DNA of 64,000 nt from Eledone cirrhosa. Taxonomy: Eukaryota. A program made the translations under genes and the position numbers. How positions within the stretch are numbered: the stretch's first letter is position 1; each line of letters starts with the position of its first letter. Location: contig OZ024741.1 in NCBI GenBank assembly GCA_964016885.1, forward strand, positions 76,322,001 to 76,386,000, read 5' to 3'. This document shows, in pieces, positions 26,201-39,466 of this stretch. The notes under the pieces were generated by a model, which was not told where the DNA came from, made no database searches, and worked only from the letters and a program-made list of their open reading frames with translations.

Positions 26201-26537
26201 GCTCCGCTGGATGTGTAACAGTAATATACGTGAACGGCAAAGCATAAACGAACTAAGGAAAAAATTAGAGATAAGAGGGATCAGATGTTGTTTACTCGAG
26301 AGAAGGCTACGTTGGTATGGACACGTGATGCGCATGAAAGTCGATAGCTGTATAACAAAGTGCAGGGCAATAAAGATAGACGGTAGCCACGGAATAGGCA
26401 GACCTAGAAAAACCTGGGACGAGCTGATAAACTCCGACCTCACACACTTACACCTCTCCAAGACAATGTCACTGGACCGAGACCTTTGGCGGTACTCAGT
26501 AACAGAGAAGACCCGCCTTGCCAGTAGGCATCTCTAA
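23283..26537 (+). CDS. Intact RTE-clade LINE ORF: APE endonuclease, reverse transcriptase, PHD-type zinc finger
   Basis: 1084 aa without stops; GTINVGTL, CIQETRW, SAYAPQ, GDLNGH, VDYIL, SQHR (APE); FVDLEKAFDRV, VHQGSVLSP, YADD (RT); LHGSETW, RRLRWYGHVMR, GRPRKTW (RTE C-terminus). Confidence 0.95.
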   Translation: MDGWTDCGILESGGERKIWTLRAKMPMLKSNSPRGRECGHSSLFRPRMANITPSPPAPHHPHPPNAIQNFRVGTINVGTLKGRANEVVEMLERKEVDVCCIQETRWRGGSARFIEGKKRCYKLFWVGNDDGLGGVGIMVAEKWADKIIDVNRVNDRIIKIRLVLNRTTVTVISAYAPQSGLPGTIKDRFYETLMLTTSQISDSDYIIIAGDLNGHVGQHCDGYDEIHGGYGFGTRNEEGSRILEFCDANNLTICNTNFKKRDNHLITYRSGEHTSQVDYILTRRRDRVSVVNTKSLPHEECTSQHRLIISDLIVRSRRTRQQKRTILRRKIWKLKDPTAKNKFQNILLDAFDSKEEHLESDNIEGQWEFLKANLLLATDEVCGWSRPVGRRRVTWWWNSKVEESIKAKKQAWKVWRDGGSRVDYQVARREARREVYLARREAEERKFKHVLQRDDQKREVFRIARQCVKENRDIVGEKCVLNDDGILAITDTDKKAAWKCHYERLLNEENKWEKDSLPHVDPIEGPAVLVEGSIISKAIKDMKTGKAAGPSEIVAEMLKASGTVGHTMVTRIVNQVVQNGVVPKDWHSSIIVNCYKGKGDALDRSNYRGIKLIDQVMKVTEKVIAQLIRERIDLDEMQFGFVSGKSTTDALFIVRQLQEKYLAKGKPLYLAFVDLEKAFDRVPRSIIWWALRKLGVDEWLVRAIQAMYKETVSKVRINNEYSEEFSVKVGVHQGSVLSPLLFIIALQAITEEFKTGCPWELLYADDLTLIAESMAELEKKFQTWKHGLESKGLKINLAKTKVLVCRKENKAAVPSGKWSCSVCRKGVGRNSILCPKCKVWVHKRCSGITGKLTKNIDFTCGRCSGAISSSKCPHNTSSFNCAEGSIEIVDSFRYLGDKISSGGGCSESTVARVRTGWKKFRELIPLLAAKGFSLKMKGRLYDACIRTAMLHGSETWALCAEDIRRLERNEACMLRWMCNSNIRERQSINELRKKLEIRGIRCCLLERRLRWYGHVMRMKVDSCITKCRAIKIDGSHGIGRPRKTWDELINSDLTHLHLSKTMSLDRDLWRYSVTEKTRLASRHL

Positions 26538-26887
26538 CAAAATACACCCCGTCCCACCACCACCACCCCCACCCCATCCACACCACCCCGTCCTATGTAA
26601 AGTTATGTTGGTGCCGCGCCATCCGGGCCGAAACAAATGAGATCGTGTAGGTGTCACGACAAAAAAACACACAGTCCACGCTGTAATGTGGCCGTGTAGG
26701 CAACACGGTAAAAACCTCCCAGACCCACACTGTAAATGTGGTTGGTGTTAGGAAGGGCATCCAACTGTAGAAAACCTGCCAGACAGTCCTATGCGAGCAA
26801 GACAATCACTCTTGCCTCAAGTGGGACTACCCCCGTCCAAACCCATGCAAGCGTGGAACACGGACGTTAAACGTTGATGATGATGAT

Positions 26888-27432
<545 letters not shown>

Positions 27433-28099
27433 ATATATTATACTTAAACATGTCTTATGTGCTTTCATATACACCACTATTAGGAATCATGGTATATTAG
27501 TGCTACTACTAGTTAATTCTAACTAATCAAGCTTGCACTATATGAAAATGAGCATCTACAGTAGATGTTTCATATGCAAAATGTATATAAGCTATAGCTT
27601 ATTCTTGTCTCACTACTGAGTAAAGTCACTGATGGATAAAAATCATCTAACACTAGCATCTGGTGTTCTTACAGGGCTACTGAGATAACTATAACATGAT
27701 CACTGCTTCAAATATTTGTTGTGAGACTTATTTATTATGCATAAACAAATAGTATAAGCTTTCTTATACACCTCTATAATGTGTGTGTGTGTGTATATAC
27801 TTTTCCCGAAAATGGCTTACTGAATACACATGCTTTAACATTTTTTTTTCCAATCTTTCCTTTTCTCACTCTCTATCATTCTATTTCATCTTTTAATGTT
27901 TATTTTTCCATGTTTATATATATATTTGTTTATATATATATTTGACCGGTAGATAGTATTAGCAATTGGAAAGACCAATGGAAAAATTGTTTCCTTGGTC
28001 CGATTTGACGAGGTCTGGGATCTTGTCGATCGACTGTCGATATATATATATATATGTATATGTATGTAAAAGGTAAATAACAACACAATCGGTACAGTA

Positions 28100-29420
28100 T
28101 ATGGAAGGAATATATTAAGTTAACGCTTGAAATAGCAGGAAGAGGGTCTTAACGTTTTGGATGCTAGTCCTTCATCAGAAGAAAGAATGAGAAATAAGAT
28201 AGATTGAAGGGACGGGCGGGATGGAATTGGAAAAAATGTCTTTAGATAAAAATAACAGGTCGATTCATGTTGACATCTCTTGGAAAACTGTTGGTGCTGG
28301 CGTTTTGTGTATGATTTATTTTTTCAGAAAAGTGGATGATGGAGTGCATCTACCTGAAATGGTAAAAAAAAAATGTTTTATAAAAAGAGCTATACTTGTG
28401 CACGTGCGTAAGTGTGTTATTATACGCCCGTACGAAGCTAAGAAGAAATGTGTGAGTAAAAGAGTGTGTGTGCATGTAAGTACGAAGCTATGAGCAAAAG
28501 TATGTTAATATAAGGGTGTGTATGTGTGTATACAGAGCAATGAAGGGAAAAGTGGAATGAGCATATATAGTCGGCATGTATTAGTTGCAAGAAATATGTT
28601 TCTGACCATAAGAGAGCCATAGAAATCTAGGGGTGAATGTACAAGCGCATGTGTGATAAAGGACAGGGTATTAAAGAAATTGGGGGAGGGGGTGAGTTGA
28701 ATCCATGAGGGAAATAGGACCCTAGGCGGTAAATCAGACTGTTCAGTCCTGGTGCGCCAGGCCTGTGATCCGTGATGTAAAAGGACACCCAGGACTCAGA
28801 CATGTAGGGAAGAGTGACCAGGAGAGCGGAAATGACAGGTGACGGGAGTATCCAAACCGAGTCATATGTCCCTCAAATACTCAGCAAAACGGTCCGCCAT
28901 ACGGCGTCCCGTTTGTTCAATGTATAAAGACCCGCAAAGAGAACACCGGAGGGCATAGACAATGTGGGTGGATGTGCAGGTGAAGGAGTGGCGGGCTTGT
29001 GAGGGTGGAAATGAAGGGACAAGTGTTGCAGTGGGGACGAGAACAAGGATGAGAGCCAGGTGGAGTCATAAGAGAGCACAAGAAGGAACTGCGTACCAGG
29101 AGATCGCGGAGGTTACGGGCACACTTACATGTGGTAATGGGTGGGTTTGGAAAAAAGCGAGAAGTGATGGAGTCAGAAGAGAGGGTGTGGAAGGAACGGA
29201 GGATATATCACCAGGGTGGTAGGTGAGAGGGAAAGAAAGACGGGTGTTGGGAGGGCGCTGGTGAGGTGAGAGGGCTGTGGTATGGTCGGTTTCACGGGCA
29301 CGGGTGAGAGCATCTTGGACCAGGGTGGGGGGATATCCACGCTGGATGAAGCGGGAAGCCATGTGAAGGGAATAGGTTTCAAAATCGTTGTCCTGACTAC
29401 AGAGCCAAAGAAGACGGAGG
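28100..29420 (-). mobile_element. Penelope-like element 3' part (GIY-YIG region + terminal repeat with hammerhead relic)
   Basis: Minus strand reads MASRFIQRGYP and IVYALRCSLCGSLYIEQTGRRMADRFAEY; CTGATGAAGGA..TCCAAAACGTT near 28150-28178. Confidence 0.85.
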
Positions 29421-29451
29421 AATAGGGTATGGAGAGTTGCAGCTTGTTAAG

Positions 29452-29612
29452 AAACTTTATTGCATATTACAACTGCTTTGATATTGATCGGCTCAGGTTT
29501 GATCATGTGATCAGATCCAGATTCTGAATCGACACCTCTTCAGATATGTGAGTTTACATGGGTGGTCCCATGCCAATCGATATCGAAGCAGTTGTAATAT
29601 GCAATAAAGTTT
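29452..29612 (-). ncRNA. Type I hammerhead-ribozyme-like element inside a ~41-bp inverted repeat
   Basis: Minus strand: CATAT-CTGAAGA-stem II-(A/G)AAG-CAGTTG-TA-ATATG then AATAAA; stem I is 5 bp perfect; core variants present. Confidence 0.6.
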
Positions 29613-29789
29613 AATTTTTTTTTTTTTTTTTTTTTAATAATATGCCTCATTCTGTTGGACCCTTCTGTTTTAAACTTCTATTTAAGCCAGTCTAGAATTC
29701 TAATTCTCTCTTTTTCTCTCGGTTTTCCATTAATATTTTACATGTTTTTAATAATATGCCTCATTCTGTTGGACCCTTCCTAAAAACTA

Positions 29790-32700
29790 ACCTTCTCCTA
29801 AAGTTACCCATTTCCTGCCCTCCCACCCCCGCTCACCACCATTGCTTTATGGTCCAATCATAACTCAGCGGTTTATAGTAAGTTCTCTTACAAATTAGTA
29901 TAGCAAAGCTACCACCTCGGTTATTACTCCTTAAGTTTAGGCCTAGTTGATTTTCGGTTTGCTAGGTGGACTGCGGAATTTGGAAAGTCTGAACACTCAA
30001 TGACAATGACACAGATAAAGATAAATTCACCTCCTGCTGCAGGACGAGAATGCAAGGACCCCTCTTTATTTCAGACACAGATGACCCCTCTAACCCATCA
30101 ATCCCACCCTCCCAACTTCAGAATTGGTACCATGAACGTAGGCACATTGAAAGGTCGCTCAAATGAGGTTGTAGAGATGCTTGAACATAAAGAAGTTGAT
30201 GTTTGTTGTGTTCAAGAGACTAGGTGGAGAGGTGGATCTGCTAGATTCATCGTGGGTAAAAAATGATGCTATTAACTTTTCTGGGTGGGAAATGATAACG
30301 GACTGGGTGGTGTAGGAATTATGTTAGCTGAAAAATGGGTAGATAAGGTAATTGATGTAAATAGAGTGAATGACAGAATAATTAAAATAAGACTAGTTCT
30401 AAATAGAACTACTGTGACAATAATATCCGCTTATGCACCCCAATCTGGTCTGCCTGACGTTAGAAAGGACAGGTTCTATGAGTCGCTGATGCACACTACC
30501 TCTCAAATAACCGACAGCGACTACTTAATTATTGCTGGTGACCTAAACGGTCACGTTGGACAACATAGTGATGGCTATGATGGAATCCATGGAGGCTATG
30601 GGTTTGGAAATAGAAATGAGGAAGGTTTCAGAATCCTAGAATTCTGTGACACAAATAACCTAACTATCTGTAACTCAAACTTCAAAAAACAAGAAAACCA
30701 CTTGATCACCTATAGATCAGGGGAACACGCCAGTCAGATAGATTATATCCTTACTAGAAAACGTGACAAAGTGTCTGTTGTAAACACTAAATCCTCCCCG
30801 TGAAGAAGGCACCTCCCAACATAGCCTAGTAGCTAGTGACCTCATAGTCAGGAATAGACGTACTCGACAACAGAGGAGGACTACCTTGGTTGAAGGACCC
30901 CATAGCCAGTGACAAATTTAAAAGCTTATTACTTGATGCCTTTGACAATAAGGAAGAGCAATTAGAGACGTGCAATATAGAGGAACAGTGGGAATTCTTG
31001 AAAGTGAACCTGCTGAAAGCAACGGATGAAATCTGTGGCTGGAGCAGACCTATTGGCAGGAGGAGAGTAACTTGGTGGTGGGGACAATGAAGGCCATAAA
31101 GCAGGCTTGGAAAGTATGGCAAGAGGGAGAAGTAGAGAACACTATCAAGTGGCCAGGAGAGAAGCTAGGAGACAAGTGTACCTTGCAAAAAGGGAAGCAG
31201 AGGATAGAAAGTTCAAGCATGTTCTACAACGTGAGGTGTTCAGGATTGCTATACAATGTGTCATGGGAAACCGTGATATTGTCAGGGAGAAGTGTGTCCG
31301 TGATGATAATGGTGTACTTGCCCTCACAGATACTGATGAGAAGGTAGCTTGGAAGTGTCACTACAAGAGATTATTAATTGAGGAGAATAAATGGCAAAAA
31401 GATAGTCTGCCCCAAATCGATCCAATAGAAGGACCAGCGGTGCAAGTTAAAGGTAGTAAGTAAGGTAATCAAAGATATGAAGACAGGCAAGGCAGCTGGG
31501 CCTTTGGAGATAGTTGCTGAGATGTTGAAGGCATCTGGAATGGTGGGACATACTATGGTCACCCGTATAGTAAACCAAGTAATACAGAATGGGGTCATAC
31601 CAAAAGACTGGCGTAGCAGCATCATCATTAACTGCTACAAGGGTAAAGGGGATGCTCTAGATAGGGGAAACTATAGAGGCATTAAGTTAGTTGACCAGGT
31701 CATGAAGGTCACAGAAAGAGTTATAGCGCAACTAGTCAGAGAGCAAATTGATCTAGATGAAATGCAGTTTGGGTTTGTGTCTGGTAAAAGTACCACTGAC
31801 GCTATTTTCCTTGTATGACAACTACAGGAGAAGTACCTAGCTAAAAGTAAACCCCTCTACTTAGCTTTTGTAGACCTGGAGAAAGCCTTTGACAGAGTGC
31901 CCCACTCCATTATCTCGTGGGCTCTTAGAAAACTAGGTGTAGATGAATGGCTTGTGAGAGCTATATAAGCCATGTATAAAGAAACAATCAGTAAGGTTAG
32001 AATTAACAATGAATATAGTGAAGAATTTATTTTAAAAGTTGGTGTTCATCAACACTCTGTCCTTAGCCCCCTTTTATTTATTATTGCCCTTCAGGCTATA
32101 ACAGAGAAGTTTAAGACCAGCTGCCCATGGGAACTCCTATATGCAGATGATCTAACTCTCATAGCTGAATCTATGGCTGAACTAGAGAAGAAATTCCAAA
32201 CATGGAAGCATGGCCTAAAATCAAAAGGCCTTAAAGTTAACTTGTCTAAGACTAAAGTTCTAGTTTGTAGAAAGGAAAATAGGGCACAGGAAATGGCCAT
32301 GCTCAGTGTGTAGGAAAGGAGTAGGTAGAAATTCCATTTTATGTCCCAAATGCAAACTATGGGTACATAAAAGATGTAGTGGGACCACAGGTAAACTATC
32401 TGAGAACGTAGATTTTATATGTGGCCGATGCTCAGGTGCAATAAGTAGCAAGTGCCCACAGAATAACAGCTCCTTCTATTGCCCAGATGGTTCTATAGAA
32501 ATAGTGGACACTTTCCGTTACCTGGGTGACAAAATCAGCAGTGGTGGAGGGTGCTCTGAAAGTACAGTAGCCAGAGTCAGAACGGGATGGAAAAAGTTCA
32601 GAGAGCTTATACCGCTGTTGGCTGCAAAAGGTTTCTCTCTAAAATTGAAAAGCAGATTGTATGATGCATGTATACAAACAACAATGCTACATGGCAGTGA

Positions 32701-33416
32701 GACATGGGCATTGTGTGCAGAGGACCTGCACAGACTGGAAAGGGATGAAGCATGCATGCTCTGTTGGATGTGTAATAATAATATACGTGAACGGCAAAGC
32801 ATAAATGAACTGAGAAATTAGGAATAAGAGGGATCAGATGCTGTTTACTTGAGAGATGTATGGTCACGTGATGCGCATGAAAGATGACAGCTGTATAAAA
32901 AAGTGCAGGGCGATCAAAATTGATAGAAGTTACGGAGTAGGTAGACCCAGAAAAACTTGGGACGATTTGATAAATTCCGACCTTACACAATTGCACCTCT
33001 CTAAGACAATGTCACTGGACTGAGATCTTTGGCGCTACGCAGTAATACAGAATACCCACCTTGCCTATGTACAAAGCGAAGCCTACAGTCAGTAGGCACC
33101 TCTTAACCAAATATACACCCCAATCCACTACCCCTACTCTATCCTCCCACCAACACCACCCTCTCTCTGTAAAGTTGGTACCACAACATTCAGTCCAAAT
33201 AAATGAGATAATGAGATTGAGATTGTGTATGTGTCACGACAAAAAAACACACAGTCCATGCTGTAATGCGGCCGTGTAGGTAACACGGTAAAAAATTCCC
33301 AGTCCACACTGTAAATGTGGTTGGTGTTAGGAAGGGCATCCAGCCGTAGAAAACTTGCCAGATAATCTTATATGAGCAAGACACAGTCACCCGACCAACC
33401 TTGCCTCAAGTGGGAC
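29790..33416 (+). mobile_element. Near full-length decayed RTE copy (same family as 23283-26537)
   Basis: ORF pieces 30000-32821 are colinear with the intact ORF, with stops and frameshifts; PHD finger retained. Confidence 0.93.
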
Positions 33417-33583
33417 TTATATTGATTATATGTAGTCTAGTAGTTGTCTTGTTTTTGTTTTATTCACCCTCCCCCATCTGCACCCTCCAATGGAACAAGG
33501 GAAAAATTGGTTTCTACATACACACATATCGAACAATGAAACTTAAATTTTTTTTTAATGACATGTTAATTTGTTCCTTGTAG

Positions 33584-33659
33584 AATTTGTGAAGTAACAC
33601 ATTCACGAGATAAGAAAAATGCCAAGGAACTAACTGTAGTAAAAGGAGAAATTCTTGAA
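33584..33659 (+). CDS. EPS8: EPS8-family exon, SH3 N-half (ICEVTHSRDKKNAKELTVVKGEILE)
   Basis: TAG/GTAAGT boundaries; ELTVxKGEILE SH3 motif. Confidence 0.9.
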
Positions 33660-33780
33660 GTAAGTATTAATATAGATCTGTTTGTATATCTGGTTAATTA
33701 ACCCTTTTGTGACCATATTTCCAATGAAATGCAGTCTATTTCAATTAATTAATGAAAAATTTTGTGAGATTTACTAACAT

Positions 33781-33958
33781 GGATTGGCAGTATCGGTAGA
33801 GGGTCGGACGCCATGCTTTGACGCATAGTTACGGCCCTTTCCAATCTGAGTTCAAATCCCGACAAGGTTAACTTTGCCTTTCATCCTTACGGGGTCGATA
33901 AAATAAAGTACCAGTAATGCACTGAGTAATTGCTGGCCTTGTGCCAAAAGTAGAAACA
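33781..33958 (+). mobile_element. tRNA-derived SINE family 2 copy
   Basis: Matches 39289-39466 and 43816-44003. Confidence 0.85.
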
Positions 33959-34766
33959 ATTATTATAACCAGCTTATTATATGAAATCACCCATTTTAAA
34001 GGGTTCCTATTTAAATTAAAACCTTCCAACAACAGAACCTTTTGTTATACACCATTATAATTATGAAATAATTAGTAATTTTAGTAAATCTCCTCAAATT
34101 TTTAATTAATCTTTTTAATACCAACTCATCTGAGACCACATTGTTTTATAATATACAACCGCTCATTTTGAAATGATCATACCTATATTAAAATCATCCA
34201 TCATAATTTTATTTAAGAAAGTTTTGTTATCTAATGTTTCAAACATCATTTTACTAATGAAAAGGTTAGTTACCTCATTAAATTTTCCAAGTTTTTTAAA
34301 ACTAGTTAATGCACATGTTAAATAGTAACCCTTTAAAATAGGTAGTTTTGTTTTATATAATCATTTGGTTTCGGCCTAGTTAGTATCAAATTGGTAAACT
34401 GTTAATTAGGTTTCATAAGGAATAATCATCATCATCATCATTTTTATATCTGTTTTTCCATTCTTGCATGGATTAGATGAGTCTTCTCTAGTACAGCATC
34501 TAGAATTTCTTCTCTGAGTCTTTTATAAATTTTGCTATCCGGTCTAGGTTATCAGCATACAAGAGTTTCCATGGACAACTCATCTTAAATGGCTTTGTTA
34601 TAGCCTGACTTGCTAACAACACACATTTTAACACCATTTTCCCTACTAAAGTGGAAGTTATCTTGTAGAGCTCATATCATGGAAGAGTATTTAAAGAATG
34701 TTGTGCTAGCAAAGGGAATATTACATGCTAAAACAGTTAAAATATTGCATTTCTTCTTTATATTAG

Positions 34767-34880
34767 ATTTTAGATGACAACCGAAACTGGTGGAAACTGA
34801 AGAACTGCAAAGGACAAACTGGACATGCTCCATATACCATTTTAAAGCAACATTCATCACTGAACACCATTGATAATGGA
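34767..34880 (+). CDS. EPS8: EPS8-family exon, SH3 C-half (ILDDNRNWWKLKNCKGQTGHAPYTILKQHSSLNTIDNG)
   Basis: TAG/GTGAGT boundaries; ILDD..WWK..N..G.G..P..IL is characteristic of the EPS8 SH3. Confidence 0.93.
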
Positions 34881-35981
34881 GTGAGTGCCTTCAATTACTA
34901 AATTCTTGCAGATTATTGCTTGTCTTCTGTAGCATTTGCAAAATTATCAAAATTATTACAATTATTTGTATTATAATTTTTTCTTATATATATATTTTTA
35001 AATATCTTCCATATATATATATGAAATATAATGTAAATGATTTTATATATATATAATATAAATTATATTATTTTTATTATTATTTCTATATTTTCTATAT
35101 TTTCCTTGTTATTCCACCCTCATAGACATTTGGCAGAATCAGTGAATTGTTGAGCAAAATATGCCTTGCATTATTTCATCACAGCTTATCTTTTAATGTT
35201 CTTTTCAGAGTCAACTTTACTTTTCATCCTTTAACTTTTTTGTTACTATATTTTGAGTGAAAGACACTGCCTATGATTTTCAAATAGTTTTGAAAATAAA
35301 TAACAATTTGGAGGGATTTAGTAATATAACTCTCATTATTAAGCTGGTATGAGGAGCATAACTTAAAGATTTTTACATCAAATTATGATGGAAAGTTTTT
35401 AGATAAATATAAACTTTAAAATAAACATCTTCGTAAACAAAATTGGATAACTTACAAAGCATTAAGAAATTTGAATTTTGGAAGACATAGTTGTCACAAT
35501 GCAGATAACTATAATAATATTTGAATAAAACTCTATCCACTTTTTCCATCTCCAAAGGTACTTTACCTGATTTATTCAACTATTATTATAGTTATCTGCA
35601 TTGTGACAACTATATTTTCAAAACATCCTTGTATTGTAGAACCAAAGGCAGTTTGTTATCAAAAGGGTTAAGGGTTGATACATTATATACCATTCATATG
35701 CTTGATTGATATAATTGCCTTTGCCCATTCTTAAGATGGTTGGCATTGGGGCCAGTATTAGAAATTATTCTTTTACATGTTAAAGATATGGACCAATGGA
35801 ATACTGAATTGAATGTGTTTTTTCCTTGTCCTATATGCAAACAGATCTGTGTGGTTAAGGAGTTCTTTTCAGAAATACATGGTTTCAGGTTCAATTCCAC
35901 TGTGCCTTGGGTCGACCAATCCCTTGTGAGTGAAATTTGACAGAAGTAAATTGTACAGAAGCCTGTCATATATATATATAT

Positions 35982-36541
35982 ATATCAACTAGAAATTGAT
36001 TGACATATATATATATTTAAAATAAACACATGAAACAATCACAGGGGATAATTTGTAAAGAGTAATCACACATAGCTAGGTATTTAATTTAATTTATTTC
36101 GGATATATAAACGGCTTCTTAATTGTAGAGCTAATTTGGTTGAAAGGACTCGGCTGCTATTTATAGCTGTCGACCACCCTATTCGTGCCAATGGGAGGAC
36201 GCTAGCATGGTGTTAGTAGTTTTAGAATTGCAACACGTGCGACGGGTCACTCACAGATTTGTATTTGATGTGTAAACACAGATAGTTATTTCTTCCCCCT
36301 TGCTGAAGATCCAAGATTTAACTACTGTGACTTTACGGATAATTGGTGAAATATATTTCTTTAATGAAATATATACAAGGAGGATTAATCGTTTTTTAAA
36401 AGGTAATATTTGAAGCTCTAGTTAAACTTTAATTAGTTACTACCTAGCTATGTGTGATTACACACTTTACAAATTATCCCTTGTGATTGTTTCATGTGTT
36501 TATTTTAAATATATATATGTCAATCAATTTCTAGTTGATAT
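35982..36541. repeat. Long inverted repeat (~100-bp arms 35982-36082 / 36441-36541)
   Basis: Arms are near-perfect reverse complements, flanked by (TA)n. Confidence 0.88.
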
Positions 36542-39288
36542 AAAATGCTCAGATCTATTCATTGGAATCTTTGAGCTTATTCTACAGTGGATATGGTGCA
36601 TGTCTCGGACATGACTCCCTTAATTTAATTTAATTAAATTTATTTCGGATATATATATATATATATATAGTGTGTGTCTATTTATATCCTGTAACATTAT
36701 CATTTCTACAAACAGAGATCGATAAAATATGCATCATACTTTTCAAAAAATAAGTACAGGGATTGACTAAACAAGCAGACAAATAACATTTATCCAGATT
36801 TGTACAGAGTTTGCTAGTTTTTCTAGTAACAATGTGGTGATGTTCCTGCCATTAAATCTCTTTGTATGACATTGGGGCTTGTCTGGATTAGCCCCAAGAG
36901 TCTTATCTCTTGCCATGAGTGAGCAATAGGATGTGAAATTTGAACTCAAAATTCAAGTAACTGGAAGAGATATTGCAAGGCATCTCGCCCTGATGGTCTA
37001 ATGATTTTGCCAGTCAACCACTCTTGACTTGTACTTTATTTATTTATCAGCTTCCAGAAGAATAAAATGCAAAGTTGACCTTGAAGGGATTTCAACTCTG
37101 AGAACTGGAACAAATACTTCCAGGCATTCTAACCATTAATTCTGCCTTAGTGTGCTGAACAGTATTTTGTTTCATTTTAATTTTTTTTTATACCAACCTG
37201 TCCAAAATTGCTTCTGGTTCTATGAAAACAATCCACCCATTTTAATCTTCAGCACACTAGAAATGTTTATGATTGCTTCCCTTGACACTGCATTATGTAT
37301 TAAGGGGCCGATTACTCTATCGGCGACTTAATGCACCTGAAGGTTAAATGATTTCCTTCTTAATGTCTTCCAATATAATTTGACACAAGAACCTTTTAAG
37401 TTATATCACAAATACCATCTTGATAACAAAATCATTTATTATTTTAGTAATTTCCATCCAAATTCTTCATTACTTAATTAAAATACAGTAATTTCAATAA
37501 AAGTATCATCACAAAAAGTCAAGTTCAAGGCCTTCCTGGGTTGACTGTCTCTTTGATTTCTCCAAGGGTTTAATAAAAAAAAATTAATAAATAAATAAAT
37601 ACGACATGAACTGGGGTTGATTCAACTGAACTTCTTTGAAACCTTTGCCCTAGGAAAATGTCTGGCTTAAAACCTGTCTATGAGAGAATCATTATTTTCA
37701 TTTTTCTTTGTTTGGTTTTTGCTGTTGTTGTTGTTTTTTTTTTTTGTTTTTATTGTTTTTTTTTGTTTTTTTTATAATTTGTATTTTGGCAATTTTAGTT
37801 TTATAGAAGACAAAATAAATAAAAATTACAACTGCAAAATATTTTCAGTTGTATATTTTGTATCTATTTTTTTTTTTTTTCTTCTTATATGCCCTGAATG
37901 ATAGAGTATATATAAAATTTGATACCCCTGAGTTGCTATATTTATGAATAATCTTATATGCCCTAGTGGATGAGTAGTTAAGAAGTTCATTTCACAACCA
38001 TAAGATCCCAGGTTTGATCCAATTGCATGGCAACTTGAGTACAATTTTTAAAATAGTAAGCAATTGTACCCATACTTGTATATAAAAAAGTCCATTAACT
38101 CTTAACTTCCTGTACCTCATGAAACCACATTAGCAAGCCATTCTTAAGTACAAAACAGCACTATGATTGCATCACATATACAATTAAAGTATTTGCTCTA
38201 ATACTACAAATTTTCACAATGATTTGTTCACCAGTAAAAATACTGTAATCATTTGAGTCAATAGACCCATTGAAAAAAATATTATCTGTTAAATCTTTAC
38301 AGGATATTAAGAGTTAATTGATAATGCTACCTCCTCATGCACTTTACAAAACACCAGATGAATGTTGCCTCGTGATTCCAGCAGACAAAATTATAAGGGC
38401 ATAACCCCAGAGAATAATGGAGATACTCTGAAAGAGCCATCAGGCTCATTTTGATGGATTACCTGCCATCTCTGTCTCAATTGCTGTATATAGGGAAGTG
38501 GTTAGAGGACCCAGTACACCAAATGGTTCCACTGTTTTCAGTTCAATAATAAACTTATCAGAGAGCAGCCAGTAATTTCACTGTTTGAAATCTTCAGCTT
38601 ATCAGGCAATTGAGCTTGACCCTGAAGCTGAATTTACTAGGGCTAAACCTTCCTTGTGAGTAAAATTGGGTAGATGGAAATTGTGTAGAAGCCCATCAGA
38701 TGGACTGTAGCTGTTAATCAAAGGTCCAGCCTTGTCATATACTCGCTTACATCATGATACAATAAGTGGGTAGTTCTGTTGATCAAACAACTGGAATACA
38801 CATTGTTGTTATTGATGTAGGATCCATTTATATATCCTAGAGATTAATTCTAATTAAGTATATTTTACATAAATGTACAGCATTTAGAATGCCTGAAATA
38901 TTCTAAACATGTCTAATATTTATAAATAGCTGTGTGGTTATGGAGCAGGCTTCACAACCATACAATTTCAAGTTCAATCCCATTGCATGGCAAGTGTCTT
39001 CTACTATAGCCTCAGGTTGACCAATACTTTGTGAGTAAAATTTGGTAAAAGGAAACTGTGCAGAAGCCTGTTGTGTGTGAGTGTTTATGTCCCATAACTT
39101 ATCAGTTTGACAAAAGGTGTACCAGTTTTTTAAAAATAAATATTAAAGTTGATATCTTTGACTGAATATCTTTATTGTTGTGCCTTAGCATGGCTTCAGT
39201 CAAATGACTTAAACCAGTAAAACAATATAAGAATATACATATATGAGAGTTTCTGTACATTTGTATTTTGTGAGTATTATTTCTGTTT

Positions 39289-39466
39289 GGATTGGCAGTA
39301 TCGGTAGAGGGTGGGACGCCATGCTTTCCAGCATAGTTACGTCCCTTTACGATCTGAGTTCAAATCCCGCTGAGGTTGACTTTGCCTTTCATCCTTACGG
39401 GGTCGATAAAATAAAGTACCAGTAATGCACTGGGTAATTGCTGGCCTTGTGCCTAAAGTAGAAACA
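39289..39466 (+). mobile_element. SINE family 2 copy with 13-bp TSD
   Basis: TSD ATTATTTCTGTTT at 39276-39288 and 39467-39479; B box GAGTTCAAATCC; central GCCTTTCATCCTTACGGGGTCGATAAAAT. Confidence 0.9.

Larger units (their letters stand above)
20725..26887 (+). mobile_element. Probably full-length RTE retrotransposon inserted in (TA)n
   Basis: Monomer array + 5'UTR + single ORF + 3'UTR ending (GAT)n, flanked on both sides by (TA)n. Inclusion of the monomers in the element is inferred. Confidence 0.8.

Noticed and set aside
29632-29779. ~34-bp direct repeat as TSD of the second RTE
   Set aside because: Both copies lie on the same (5') side of the element.
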